From NCBI GenBank assembly GCA_947380435.1, contig CANCRC010000001.1, positions 1 to 57,594 on the forward strand: DNA of 57,594 nucleotides, written 5' to 3'. Source of the DNA: Chitinophagaceae bacterium (GTDB lineage: Bacteria; Bacteroidota; Bacteroidia; Chitinophagales; Chitinophagaceae). Position 1 is the first letter of the stretch. Each line of letters opens with the position of its first letter. Below, piece by piece: positions 1-8,787 of this stretch. The notes beneath the pieces are model-generated. The model did not search any database. It was not told the DNA's origin and saw only the letters and a list, made by a program, of their open reading frames with translations. The translations under genes and the position numbers were made by a program.

Positions 1-255
1 TACTTGCATTTGAGCATACCATTTATCTTTAGACAATGAATCTTGTCCAACTGCTGGTGGAGACCAGACAAAATTATCTGTAACATAAGAAGCCATTTTT
101 ACAGAATCTTTAGCAGCGAATGCGGCAAAAAATGCTTGAGCAGTTGCTAGGTTCTTAGTATAGGCTTCATCTGCAGCTGTTGTTTTTACCGCAGTGTTGT
201 TATTACATGCTACCAAAGCAGCCATAATAACTAAAGAAAGTAAGAATTTTTTCAT
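1..255 (-). CDS. Lipoprotein, probable NTF2/SnoaL-like fold (5' part only; runs off the window edge)
   Basis: Not in the ORF track. Manual translation from ATG at 255 gives MKKFLLSLVIMAALVAC-NNNTAVK...NLATAQAFFAAFAAKDSVKMASYVTDNFVWSPP. Lipobox LVAC; the helix-helix-strand pattern is typical of SnoaL/NTF2 N-termini. Frame is open to position 1. Confidence 0.7.
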   Translation of the reverse strand, partial: MKKFLLSLVIMAALVACNNNTAVKTTAADEAYTKNLATAQAFFAAFAAKDSVKMASYVTDNFVWSPPAVGQDSLSKDKWYAQMQV

Positions 256-329
256 TTATTATTTTTTGGTTACACTAATATAAGCCATTTAAGTGTTGAA
301 ATGAAAGTAAAATACCATAATTTTAAGCC

Positions 330-372
330 TAGTTTAAAGTAGTTTAAACTGTTAAAATCTTATATTAATTTG
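330..372 (+). promoter_or_regulatory. Direct repeats (TAGTTTAAA x2 plus a degenerate third) next to a -7-like promoter element
   Basis: tagtttaaa at 330-338 and 340-348 (10-bp period), tgttaaaa at 350-357, then TTAATTTG at 365-372 (one mismatch to TAnnTTTG), in a divergent intergenic region. Confidence 0.35.
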
Positions 373-395
373 TTAACTCATTAAAAATCAACAAA

Positions 396-779
396 ATGAA
401 AAAAATCATCTTTTTATTAATGATTAGTGCCATGGGCCTAAACATGACAGCCACTGCTCAAAAAGCTATCACTACCGTGCATTTTTATGATGTAAAAAAT
501 GCCGATATGGAAAAAACTTATATCGCTAGCTTAAAAGAAGTTAATGCTATTATGCTTGAAATTGGTTTCCCCAATAATTATTACAGTTATTTTAAATTAA
601 ATGCATCTGATACCACTTCCACTTTTAGAAGTTGTACCATTGGGCATTGGACTTCAGACCAAGACTATAACGCCATTCATGCGAATCCTAAGTATAAAGC
701 TTGGGGTGCTAAGAATAAAGACAACAATGCTGTTTTTATTACAGGCCAATTGTATAGAAAATTTTATGCAACAGAATAA
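396..779 (+). CDS. Secreted hypothetical protein, possibly a dimeric alpha/beta barrel
   Basis: 127 aa with a Sec signal ending ATA-Q; overlaps the likely sialidase start by 14 nt. Confidence 0.7.
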   Translation: MKKIIFLLMISAMGLNMTATAQKAITTVHFYDVKNADMEKTYIASLKEVNAIMLEIGFPNNYYSYFKLNASDTTSTFRSCTIGHWTSDQDYNAIHANPKYKAWGAKNKDNNAVFITGQLYRKFYATE

Positions 780-1947
780 ATTATTGGGAATTCTTTTCTT
801 TTTGAATCTATGTTTTAATGTAAACGTATTTTCTCAGAAAAGAATTCCTGTTTTTATTTCGGGCGAGGATGGTTATAAAACCTATCGTATACCCGCCATT
901 ATTAAAGCACCCAATAATGATTTACTTGCTTTCTGCGAGGGCAGGGTGGCTTCTTCTAATGATTTTGGTAATGTAGATATTGTAATGAAGCGAAGTGCTG
1001 ATCAAGGAAAAACATGGTCTAAGCTACATATTATTGTAAATAATGATTCACTGCAAGCTAGCAATAGTGCTCCTGTGGTAGATTTATCTGATCCTACATT
1101 CCCGGCAGGGAAAATATACTTATTTTATAATACTGGCAATAATCACGAGGGTGAGGTTCGAAAAGGAAATGGCTTGAGGGAGGTTTGGTTTAAAACATCT
1201 ACTAATAATGGACTGAGTTGGTCCGATCCTGTTAATATTACGGAACAAACACATAGGCCTAAATATTCAAGTAAAAATAGTAAGTATCATTTTTCGGAAG
1301 ATTGGAGAAGTTATGCAAATACACCTGGACATGCGATGCAAATACAGTCAGGTAAGTATAAGGGGAGAATTTTTATTGCAGCCAACCATTCAGAAGGAAA
1401 TCCAAAAAATAAATTTGAAGATTATCATGCTCATGCTTATTATTCAGATGATCATGGTAAAACATTTCATCTAAGTGAGACACTGCAAATACAAGGTAGT
1501 AATGAAGCTACAGCTGCAATGCTTTCCAACGGAAGACTAATTTTAAATACAAGAAATCAACAAGGCGATAAAAGAAACAGAATTATTGCCATTAGTAATA
1601 ATGGTGGAATGAATTGGGACACCACCTATTTCGATGAAAACTTACCCGACCCTGTTTGTCAAGGAAGCTTATTAAATATAGGTAGGTATAAAAACAAAGA
1701 AATGCTTGCTTTTATAAATGCAGCCGATACCAAAAATAGAAATAACCTAACCCTTAGAATTAGTAAAGACGAGGGCCGAAGCTGGTTTAAAAATATTGTC
1801 ATTGACAAAACCAATGATGAAAAGCAAATCAGTGATTATACTGCTTATTCAGATTTAGTGCTGTTGAAAAGAAACGAATTGGGCGTTTTATATGAAAAGG
1901 AAAACTATTCCAAAATAGTTTTTACTATTATTGACTGGAAAAACTAA
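766..1947 (+). CDS. Exo-alpha-sialidase (GH33)
   Basis: YRIP motif and five Asp-boxes (SADQGKTW, STNNGLSW, SDDHGKTF, SNNGGMNW, SKDEGRSW), C-terminal AYSDL. Start moved from 601 to the ATG at 766, which gives a signal peptide (MQQNKLLGILFF...). Confidence 0.92.
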   Translation: MQQNKLLGILFFLNLCFNVNVFSQKRIPVFISGEDGYKTYRIPAIIKAPNNDLLAFCEGRVASSNDFGNVDIVMKRSADQGKTWSKLHIIVNNDSLQASNSAPVVDLSDPTFPAGKIYLFYNTGNNHEGEVRKGNGLREVWFKTSTNNGLSWSDPVNITEQTHRPKYSSKNSKYHFSEDWRSYANTPGHAMQIQSGKYKGRIFIAANHSEGNPKNKFEDYHAHAYYSDDHGKTFHLSETLQIQGSNEATAAMLSNGRLILNTRNQQGDKRNRIIAISNNGGMNWDTTYFDENLPDPVCQGSLLNIGRYKNKEMLAFINAADTKNRNNLTLRISKDEGRSWFKNIVIDKTNDEKQISDYTAYSDLVLLKRNELGVLYEKENYSKIVFTIIDWKN

Positions 1948-2005
1948 AAAGATAAAAAAGCACTAACTTAGAAGTGTAAAATTATTTTCAAATAGAATCC
2001 GAGCA

Positions 2006-2911
2006 ATGAATAAATTATTCTTCCTATTTTTATTTCCTATTCTATCTACTACTTCTCTCATTGCACAAGAAAAAAATACCGGCACTCAACTTATTTTATT
2101 AGGAACAGGCACGCCCTTTGCTAACCCTTCTAGATCGGGCCCTTCATTGGCCATTGTAGTGAATAATGTTTCTTATATAGTTGACTGCGGGCCAGGTGTA
2201 GTAAGACGCGCAGAACAAGCCAACCAAAAAGGCATTAAAGCACTTGCTGCTGAAAATTTAAAAAAATTATTCATTACACATTTACATAGCGATCATACCG
2301 CAGGTTATGCCGATATTATTTTTACCCCAGCTGTATTAGATAGAAATGCGCCTTTAGAAGTATATGGTCCATTGGGGCTTAAAAATATGACTTCACATAT
2401 TTTACAGGCCTATATCGAGGATATAAACATTAGAATAAATGGTTTAGAAAAAGGAGATAAAAACGGATATAAAGTTAATGTACATGAAGTGGGCGCTGGT
2501 ATTATATATAAAGACAGCAATATTATAGTGAAAGCATTTAAAGTGAAGCACGGCTCATGGAAATCGGCATTGGGCTTTAGATTTGAAACTGCAGATAAAA
2601 CAATAGTTGTCTCAGGAGATTGTACTTATAGCGAAGAATTAATCAAGAATGCCAAAGATTGCGATATACTTGTTCATGAAGTTTATTCCGAGGAGGGTTT
2701 AAATAAAAGGGAACAAAGATGGAAGGACTACCATAGTACCTTTCACACTTCCACTTCTCAATTAGCGGCAATTGCCAATATAGTCAAACCCAAACTTTTG
2801 GTATTAACCCACCAACTTACATTTGGTACCAGCTTAAGCAGTCTTATGGAGGAGCTTACAAAAAATTATAAAGGGCCTGTGGTGAATGGTAATGATTTAG
2901 ATATTTATTAA
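2006..2911 (+). CDS. Secreted MBL-fold metallo-hydrolase (RNase Z/AtsA-like)
   Basis: LLGTGTP, VDCG, THLHSDH, SGD, VHE and LTH motifs; signal peptide. Confidence 0.88.
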   Translation: MNKLFFLFLFPILSTTSLIAQEKNTGTQLILLGTGTPFANPSRSGPSLAIVVNNVSYIVDCGPGVVRRAEQANQKGIKALAAENLKKLFITHLHSDHTAGYADIIFTPAVLDRNAPLEVYGPLGLKNMTSHILQAYIEDINIRINGLEKGDKNGYKVNVHEVGAGIIYKDSNIIVKAFKVKHGSWKSALGFRFETADKTIVVSGDCTYSEELIKNAKDCDILVHEVYSEEGLNKREQRWKDYHSTFHTSTSQLAAIANIVKPKLLVLTHQLTFGTSLSSLMEELTKNYKGPVVNGNDLDIY

Positions 2912-3057
2912 CCACAGTTGTATTCCATCAAATCCCCTACTTATTCACTTTCACAAAAAAAGAAATATTTTAATACAAGTTAAAAAAATAGCATAAATTT
3001 ATGTACTCTTTAAAAGACCAATTGCTTCTTTAAATATTTAAACCAAAAACAAACCAG

Positions 3058-3846
3058 ATGAAAAAAATTCTTTATGCCTTATCGGCGATTGTTTTATTAA
3101 CTACAGCTTGTAGCGCTCCTAAGACGGAGGAAAGTCAAGCAGGTGTGTACAAAATGGAAAAAGCCGTTACCAACGATGGTACCAAGGACACTGTTGAAAA
3201 CAGCCCTAACCAATTCAAAATTTACACAGCTACACATTATGTATTTGCTAAATTAAACGGAGATTCTACTGTATCTTTTGGAGTAGGTTCTTACAAAAAA
3301 GAAGGCAATACTATTACTGAAACGAATATGTATAGTGGCGGTGGAAGTGATTCAGCTGCTAACTTTACATTAAATATTACTAAAACTGAAACTGGATATG
3401 TTCAAGATATTGCAGCTTTAGTAATGAATGGGGTTACTTATAAATTAAACGAAACTTATTCTAAAGTAGCTGCTGGTGCGGCTTCTGAATTAGATGGTTT
3501 ATGGAAATTATCTGCAAGAATGTCAATTACTGGTACAGATACTACAGATGTTTTAGCTACATACAGTTCAGTACAATACAAAGTATTTCAAGATGGACAT
3601 TTCATTTGGGTAAACAGATCAGCTAAAGATTCTACTAAAACAGCTTTTCAAAATTCATTTGGATACGGAACATTTACTTTTGCAAATGGAGTTTCTACTG
3701 AAGTTCCAAGTACATCTAGCTATGCTAGTATTGTAGGAATGACAATCAAAGTTAAAATTACCTTAACTGGTAAAAATGAATACACACAAGAAATTATTGA
3801 TGAAGCTGCTAAAACAACTTCTATCGAAAAATATACTCGTTTGTAA
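3058..3846 (+). CDS. Lipoprotein with two tandem lipocalin-like beta-barrel repeats
   Basis: Lipobox TTAC; internal repeat GVYKM..QFKIY..HYVF..SFGVGSY versus GLWKL..QYKVF..HFIW..SFGYGTF. Confidence 0.75.
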   Translation: MKKILYALSAIVLLTTACSAPKTEESQAGVYKMEKAVTNDGTKDTVENSPNQFKIYTATHYVFAKLNGDSTVSFGVGSYKKEGNTITETNMYSGGGSDSAANFTLNITKTETGYVQDIAALVMNGVTYKLNETYSKVAAGAASELDGLWKLSARMSITGTDTTDVLATYSSVQYKVFQDGHFIWVNRSAKDSTKTAFQNSFGYGTFTFANGVSTEVPSTSSYASIVGMTIKVKITLTGKNEYTQEIIDEAAKTTSIEKYTRL

Positions 3847-3856
3847 TTCTATATCA

Positions 3857-3900
3857 GCATAAAAAAAGCCCCTCGAATTATCGGGGGGCTTTTTTTATGC
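3857..3900. terminator. Bidirectional intrinsic terminator
   Basis: gcataaaaaaagcccctcga-atta-tcggggggctttttttatgc hairpin with A and T tracts, between convergent genes. Confidence 0.9.
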
Positions 3901-3911
3901 GATGAATTTTT

Positions 3912-4145
3912 TTATTTATCGTTTCTTCTTCTTGCTTCTTCAGCGTCTTTGTAAATTCTAATCCAAGTTAAAGAGATATCAATAACCGCTAATAAAGGCC
4001 CTAAGAATACCACCATAATAACTTCTAATCCTGGTGAATAACCAATAACCCCGTCCAATGAGGTTAGTTTTGACCTCTTAAATAATTTATACAAGCAGTA
4101 TATAGCCGAAAGTATCCAAACGAAAATGACAATATTTGTTAACAT
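3912..4145 (-). CDS. Small membrane protein (2 TM), hypothetical
   Basis: 77 aa from the ATG at 4145, with two hydrophobic segments; a -7 element lies just upstream. Confidence 0.7.
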   Translation of the reverse strand: MLTNIVIFVWILSAIYCLYKLFKRSKLTSLDGVIGYSPGLEVIMVVFLGPLLAVIDISLTWIRIYKDAEEARRRNDK

Positions 4146-4166
4146 AGAATCTTGTTTTATTCTTTG

Positions 4167-4174
4167 CAAAGATA
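4167..4174 (-). promoter_or_regulatory. Bacteroidota primary-sigma -7 element
   Basis: TATCTTTG on the minus strand (exact TAnnTTTG), about 20 nt upstream of ATG 4145. Confidence 0.55.
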
Positions 4175-4257
4175 AGACATTAAATCTTTTTTACATTATT
4201 TAAAAACCTCCCTTTTTTAATAAATAATTGTAATATGCATTTAGAAATATTCATCTT

Positions 4258-5019
4258 ATGTATAATTTAAAATATAGTAAACAATTGTTAAGCTGTTTGG
4301 TAGGCATATGTTGTCTTTGCATTACAGCTCATGCACAAAAATTTACCCTTGCCAATGTTCATTCACACAACGATTATGAGCAAAAAATACCCTTTGATTT
4401 AGCCTACCGTAATCAATTAGGTTCCATTGAAGCAGATATTCATTTAGTGAATGGTAAAATTTTAGTGGGGCACGATGCAAAAGATTTATTACCTAATCGT
4501 AGTCTTGAGAATATGTATTTAGCACCCCTGCTTGCTTACAATACAACTAATAGAAAATTACAATTATTGATAGATGTAAAAACAGAGGCCATTAGTACTT
4601 TAGATAGCCTGATAGCTTTATTAAAAACATATCCTGCCCTTATTCATAATAAAAATATTACTATTACTATATCTGGTAACACAGCTCCCGATTCTTTGTT
4701 TATTCAATATCCAGCGTTCATACATTTTGATGGTAGAATTTTTAAAAATTATACCCCAGAACAATTATCTAAAATTTCTTTAATAAGCGAAGACTATGGA
4801 AAGTTTACGATGTGGAATAAAACCTGGCCCATGCAAGTAGCATCCGAAGAAAAAATTAAAACAGCCATTGAAAAAATACATTTACTCAATAAACCCATTA
4901 GATTATGGGGCACACCCGACTTTCCTTTAGCATGGGAAAAATTTATTGAAATGAAAATAGATTTTATCAATACAGATAAGATTGAAGAGATTACTCAGTT
5001 CTTTCAATCTCGACAATAA
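4258..5019 (+). CDS. PLC-like/GDPD-family phosphodiesterase (AIM6-like), secreted
   Basis: HSHNDY, SIEADI, VGHD, LLIDVK, IRLWG and DFINTD motifs; signal peptide. Confidence 0.8.
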   Translation: MYNLKYSKQLLSCLVGICCLCITAHAQKFTLANVHSHNDYEQKIPFDLAYRNQLGSIEADIHLVNGKILVGHDAKDLLPNRSLENMYLAPLLAYNTTNRKLQLLIDVKTEAISTLDSLIALLKTYPALIHNKNITITISGNTAPDSLFIQYPAFIHFDGRIFKNYTPEQLSKISLISEDYGKFTMWNKTWPMQVASEEKIKTAIEKIHLLNKPIRLWGTPDFPLAWEKFIEMKIDFINTDKIEEITQFFQSRQ

Positions 5020-5022
5020 AAC

Positions 5023-5739
5023 TTATTCAAAAATAATAGTTCCAAATTTTTTGTATTCGTGGAAGCTAAGGCCAGTAGGCTTCCAGGTCCAATAGTTGCC
5101 CCCTTTATCGTAGTCAATTCTATAAAAATTAGCTCGCCATTTTGTTCCAGCCCTGGGTGGTACATTTTCTAAGGGGCTTAATAATACATAGGGAATAAAA
5201 AATTCAGCGGTCCATCCTATGACTTTACCTGCTTGCTTATTAATACTAGCTGCATGTCTAGTTCTTCTTTCTTTTTCATAATGCCAAGGCCTCCAGCCTA
5301 AAAACTTTCCGTTATAGTTGGGCACTATTATGGGTAATTCATAATTCCATGGCGATAACTCATATTCAAAATACATCACCGATTTTTCATCCGGCCAAAA
5401 AAAGGCTTCCACTACATCTTCGTTATATAAATCGGCAAAATCTTCCCTTAGCGTTGAAGTAATAAGAGAATCCTCACATATATATAAACAATAAATGCCT
5501 GAGTCGGAATATAAAATTTTAAACTGAGTAGTATAATTTACTCCAGTCGTTAATTTCTTTTGAAGTTTGGTGAAGGAAGTAGTTTTCCATGCAGCAGCGT
5601 CTGCTAAACCATTTAAAGAAAAATCTTTTGTTTTTTTTACAGTAATGGTGGAAACATCATCGGCTTGTGCCTTAACATTTGTTGCCAATACCATAGAAAA
5701 AACAAAAGATAATAATAATGTTTTATTCCAATTAGCCAT
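5023..5739 (-). CDS. Carbohydrate-binding family 9-like (DOMON/CBM9) secreted protein
   Basis: LYNEDVVEAF, YFEYELSP, WTAEFFIP, WRANFYRID and FH..KFG motifs; signal peptide. Confidence 0.8.
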   Translation of the reverse strand: MANWNKTLLLSFVFSMVLATNVKAQADDVSTITVKKTKDFSLNGLADAAAWKTTSFTKLQKKLTTGVNYTTQFKILYSDSGIYCLYICEDSLITSTLREDFADLYNEDVVEAFFWPDEKSVMYFEYELSPWNYELPIIVPNYNGKFLGWRPWHYEKERRTRHAASINKQAGKVIGWTAEFFIPYVLLSPLENVPPRAGTKWRANFYRIDYDKGGNYWTWKPTGLSFHEYKKFGTIIFE

Positions 5740-5740
5740 T

Positions 5741-6625
5741 CTATTTAATTAACATTGGAAATAATCTTCTTATTTCTGCTTCATTAGGTTGTGCACCATA
5801 TTCACAAATTTCAAATGCTTCTGCGTGTTTGGCTTCAGCAGCTCTTGCTGCACCATACCATTTCACCATAGCCTCTCTGATATTGGCCTTCATAGGACGA
5901 TCATATAATTTCATCATCCATTGTAAGCGTTCTTCTTTTCCAGCAGGCACCTCTTTTTCATATCTTCCTATCCAGGGCATCCACTCATAAAATTGTGAGA
6001 CATGCGCATCAAAGGCAGAAATCTTTTTTGCATAAGTAGTAGTAATATCTACAACAATATCGGGTCTGAAAGGGTTCGGTCTTTGAAAATGATCTTCTGC
6101 ATATAAAAACACAGGCGTTTTTCTAAGCGCTGGTGCTTCAGGTGCTACATTAGGTACTTCTACCATATAGGCTGCATCTTGCACGAGCACTCCAGTATAA
6201 CGATGGTCGGGATGATAATCATTGGGTCTTGGTGCAATTACTACATCTGCATTCCATTCTCTAATTTTTTTAATAATTTGTAATCTTACCTCTAATGTAG
6301 GTAATAAAGCGCCATCGTGATTATCTAATACATCATATGTGATACCTAATCTTTTAGCCACTTCCTGTGTTTCTAAATATCTACGCGCAGCTAATTCTTT
6401 TCCTTTCATAGTTTGATGGCCTGCATCACCATTGGTGACTGCTACAAATTTTACTGCATGACCCATGCTTGCTAGTAAGGCAGCCGTAGCGCCCGCTTCA
6501 TTATCACAATCATCGGGATGTGCACCAATAACAATGATTCTACTTTTTTCTTTGATAGTTTGTGCTATCACCCATTGACATTGCATTAATAGTATAATGC
6601 CTAAGAGCCATTTTATATTTTTCAT
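5741..6625 (-). CDS. PIG-L/LmbE-family N-deacetylase, secreted
   Basis: AHPDD and HPDH zinc motifs, TNGDAG; likely start MKNIKWLL at 6625. Confidence 0.9.
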   Translation of the reverse strand: MKNIKWLLGIILLMQCQWVIAQTIKEKSRIIVIGAHPDDCDNEAGATAALLASMGHAVKFVAVTNGDAGHQTMKGKELAARRYLETQEVAKRLGITYDVLDNHDGALLPTLEVRLQIIKKIREWNADVVIAPRPNDYHPDHRYTGVLVQDAAYMVEVPNVAPEAPALRKTPVFLYAEDHFQRPNPFRPDIVVDITTTYAKKISAFDAHVSQFYEWMPWIGRYEKEVPAGKEERLQWMMKLYDRPMKANIREAMVKWYGAARAAEAKHAEAFEICEYGAQPNEAEIRRLFPMLIK

Positions 6626-6691
6626 TTTATTATTTTTAATCAACCGTACTATAGAAACTTTTTAATTCCTTTTTATTTTTTAATTTAATTA

Positions 6692-8671
6692 TTATGGTTT
6701 CAACAAACCTTCAAACCACTCCACATTGGTTTGCATTGTTTTTAAAACCATTCTTGGTTCACTAGGTCCATGTGGTTGTCTTGGTAATACTAAAAGTTTC
6801 ACAGGAATATTTCTTCTTCTTAATGCATTGTAAAACATAATAGAATTTCCCAAAGGAACTCTTTGATCGGCTTCTCCATGTTGTAACATTACAGGTGTTT
6901 GTACATTTTGAACATATCTTAATGGAGAATGCTCGTTAAACATAGACCAATTATTCCATGGATCTGATTTAAAGTAAGAGGGTAAAAATCCTTCAATATC
7001 ATCGGTCAAGTTTTGAAAACCAAGATCTACTACTGGGGCACCAATGGAAGCTGCTTTAAAACGATTGGTATGTCCAACAATCCAACTACTCATAAAACCA
7101 CCATAACTCCAACCCATCACCCCTAGCATAGTTTCATCGGTAACACCCATTTTAATCACCTGATCAACACCATTCATTAAGTCTATATAATCTTTGCCGC
7201 CCCAATCTTGTCTATTAGCCATTCTAAAGTTATTACCATAACCGCTTGAACCTCTTGGGTTTGGTCTTAAAATAGCATAACCATCCTCACTTAAAGCAGC
7301 TATAGGATAAGTACCTTGATTCGTAGCAATACAAGTTTGAGCAAAATTACCAGCAGGGCCACCATGTACATTTAATAGTAAGGGTACTTTTTTGCCAGCA
7401 GTATAGTGTAAGGGATAAGTTAATAAACCTTCAATTTCTAAACCATCGGCTCCTTTCCATTTAATAATTTCGGTTTTAGCTAAAGGCAATGAAGCCATAC
7501 TTGCATTGATAGAAGTAATTTTCACAGGAGCATACTCGCTTAATTTGCTTACATATAATTCAGGTAGCTGTGAAGTGTTTTGTAAAGTGAATGAAATATA
7601 ACTATGTGTTGAATTAATTTTAGCAGCACCTATATAATTTTTTTCCCCTTTACTTAATTCACTCATACTTTTTCCATCTATACTTAATGTATAAATAGTT
7701 GTCATAGTTTTATTCATCTCTGACCATAGAATATTTTTTCCATCCGCTGTCCATCCTAGAATAGCTCCATCTTCATTAGGGGTTGCTTTTAATCGCCATG
7801 TTTTTCCATCGGCTACAGTATAAATCTGGGCATGTTTTGCACCAGGCCAATCGTTCGGGTTCTCAGTACAATAATAACTAATCAAAGTTCCATCAGGACT
7901 AAACTGAGGAGCAGATTCTCCCGCAGGGGTATTCGCAATATTTTTAATTACACCAGTTTCAATATTGATTAATGCTATATCACTATAGGTATTATCATTG
8001 GCCTTGGTAGATTTGCCATAGCTGTATACAATGCTTGTTCCATCTGCATTCCAATCAAATGCATACACAGAAACATTTTCTTTTGTCAAAACTTTTTGAA
8101 TATATTTTTGAGCAGAATCTTTATGATGGATCCAGTATACTTGTAATCGGTTTTGCTTTAATTCTGCCTCATATATATACCAATCGTTTTTTGCTTTTTT
8201 ATTTTTTTCTTCTTTATCTGTTGCGGCATCTGCTACTATCACTGCAATTTTATTTCCATCATTGCTCCATTCAAATTCACTTACGCCTCCTTTGGTATCT
8301 GTAATTTTTTCTGCTTCTCCGCCTGCCACTGGCAAAATGTAAACATTATTTTTTCCATCACGAGAAGAAGTGAAGGCAATAGATTTATTATCAGGGCTCC
8401 ATTTGGGGTTTGAATTATTTTTATCTCCAGTTGTTAATTGTTTAGCATTTGATCCATCTATTGCGCTTATCCATATTTGATTTACATATTCGCTTCTATC
8501 ATCTGTCATCATAGCTTCTCTAATGGTATACACTACCTTGGTTCCATCACCAGAAACCTGTGCACTACTTACATTTTTAATTTTTAATACTTGCTCAGGG
8601 CTCCAATTTTTTTGTGCTAGCAAAATAAAGGGCAATAGGATGACAATTAATAGTAATTGATACTTTTTCAT
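6692..8671 (-). CDS. S9-family peptidase (dipeptidyl aminopeptidase/acylaminoacyl peptidase)
   Basis: PD40/TolB-like repeats, HGGP, GWSYGG nucleophile, HGEADQRV and QPHG triad residues; signal peptide. Confidence 0.93.
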   Translation of the reverse strand: MKKYQLLLIVILLPFILLAQKNWSPEQVLKIKNVSSAQVSGDGTKVVYTIREAMMTDDRSEYVNQIWISAIDGSNAKQLTTGDKNNSNPKWSPDNKSIAFTSSRDGKNNVYILPVAGGEAEKITDTKGGVSEFEWSNDGNKIAVIVADAATDKEEKNKKAKNDWYIYEAELKQNRLQVYWIHHKDSAQKYIQKVLTKENVSVYAFDWNADGTSIVYSYGKSTKANDNTYSDIALINIETGVIKNIANTPAGESAPQFSPDGTLISYYCTENPNDWPGAKHAQIYTVADGKTWRLKATPNEDGAILGWTADGKNILWSEMNKTMTTIYTLSIDGKSMSELSKGEKNYIGAAKINSTHSYISFTLQNTSQLPELYVSKLSEYAPVKITSINASMASLPLAKTEIIKWKGADGLEIEGLLTYPLHYTAGKKVPLLLNVHGGPAGNFAQTCIATNQGTYPIAALSEDGYAILRPNPRGSSGYGNNFRMANRQDWGGKDYIDLMNGVDQVIKMGVTDETMLGVMGWSYGGFMSSWIVGHTNRFKAASIGAPVVDLGFQNLTDDIEGFLPSYFKSDPWNNWSMFNEHSPLRYVQNVQTPVMLQHGEADQRVPLGNSIMFYNALRRRNIPVKLLVLPRQPHGPSEPRMVLKTMQTNVEWFEGLLKP

Positions 8672-8787
8672 ACAATATGTTTTGGTTAAAAATTCTGTAC
8701 TTCAATTTAAATCATTTTGTTGGTTTATGGGTGCAAAAAGCTGCTCCGATTTTTGTAACTTTATTTTCAACTTATTAAGCGCTATTT

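Noticed and set aside
601-765. N-terminal extension of the sialidase ORF
   Set aside because: It overlaps the 396-779 gene in another frame, and the signal peptide begins at ATG 766.
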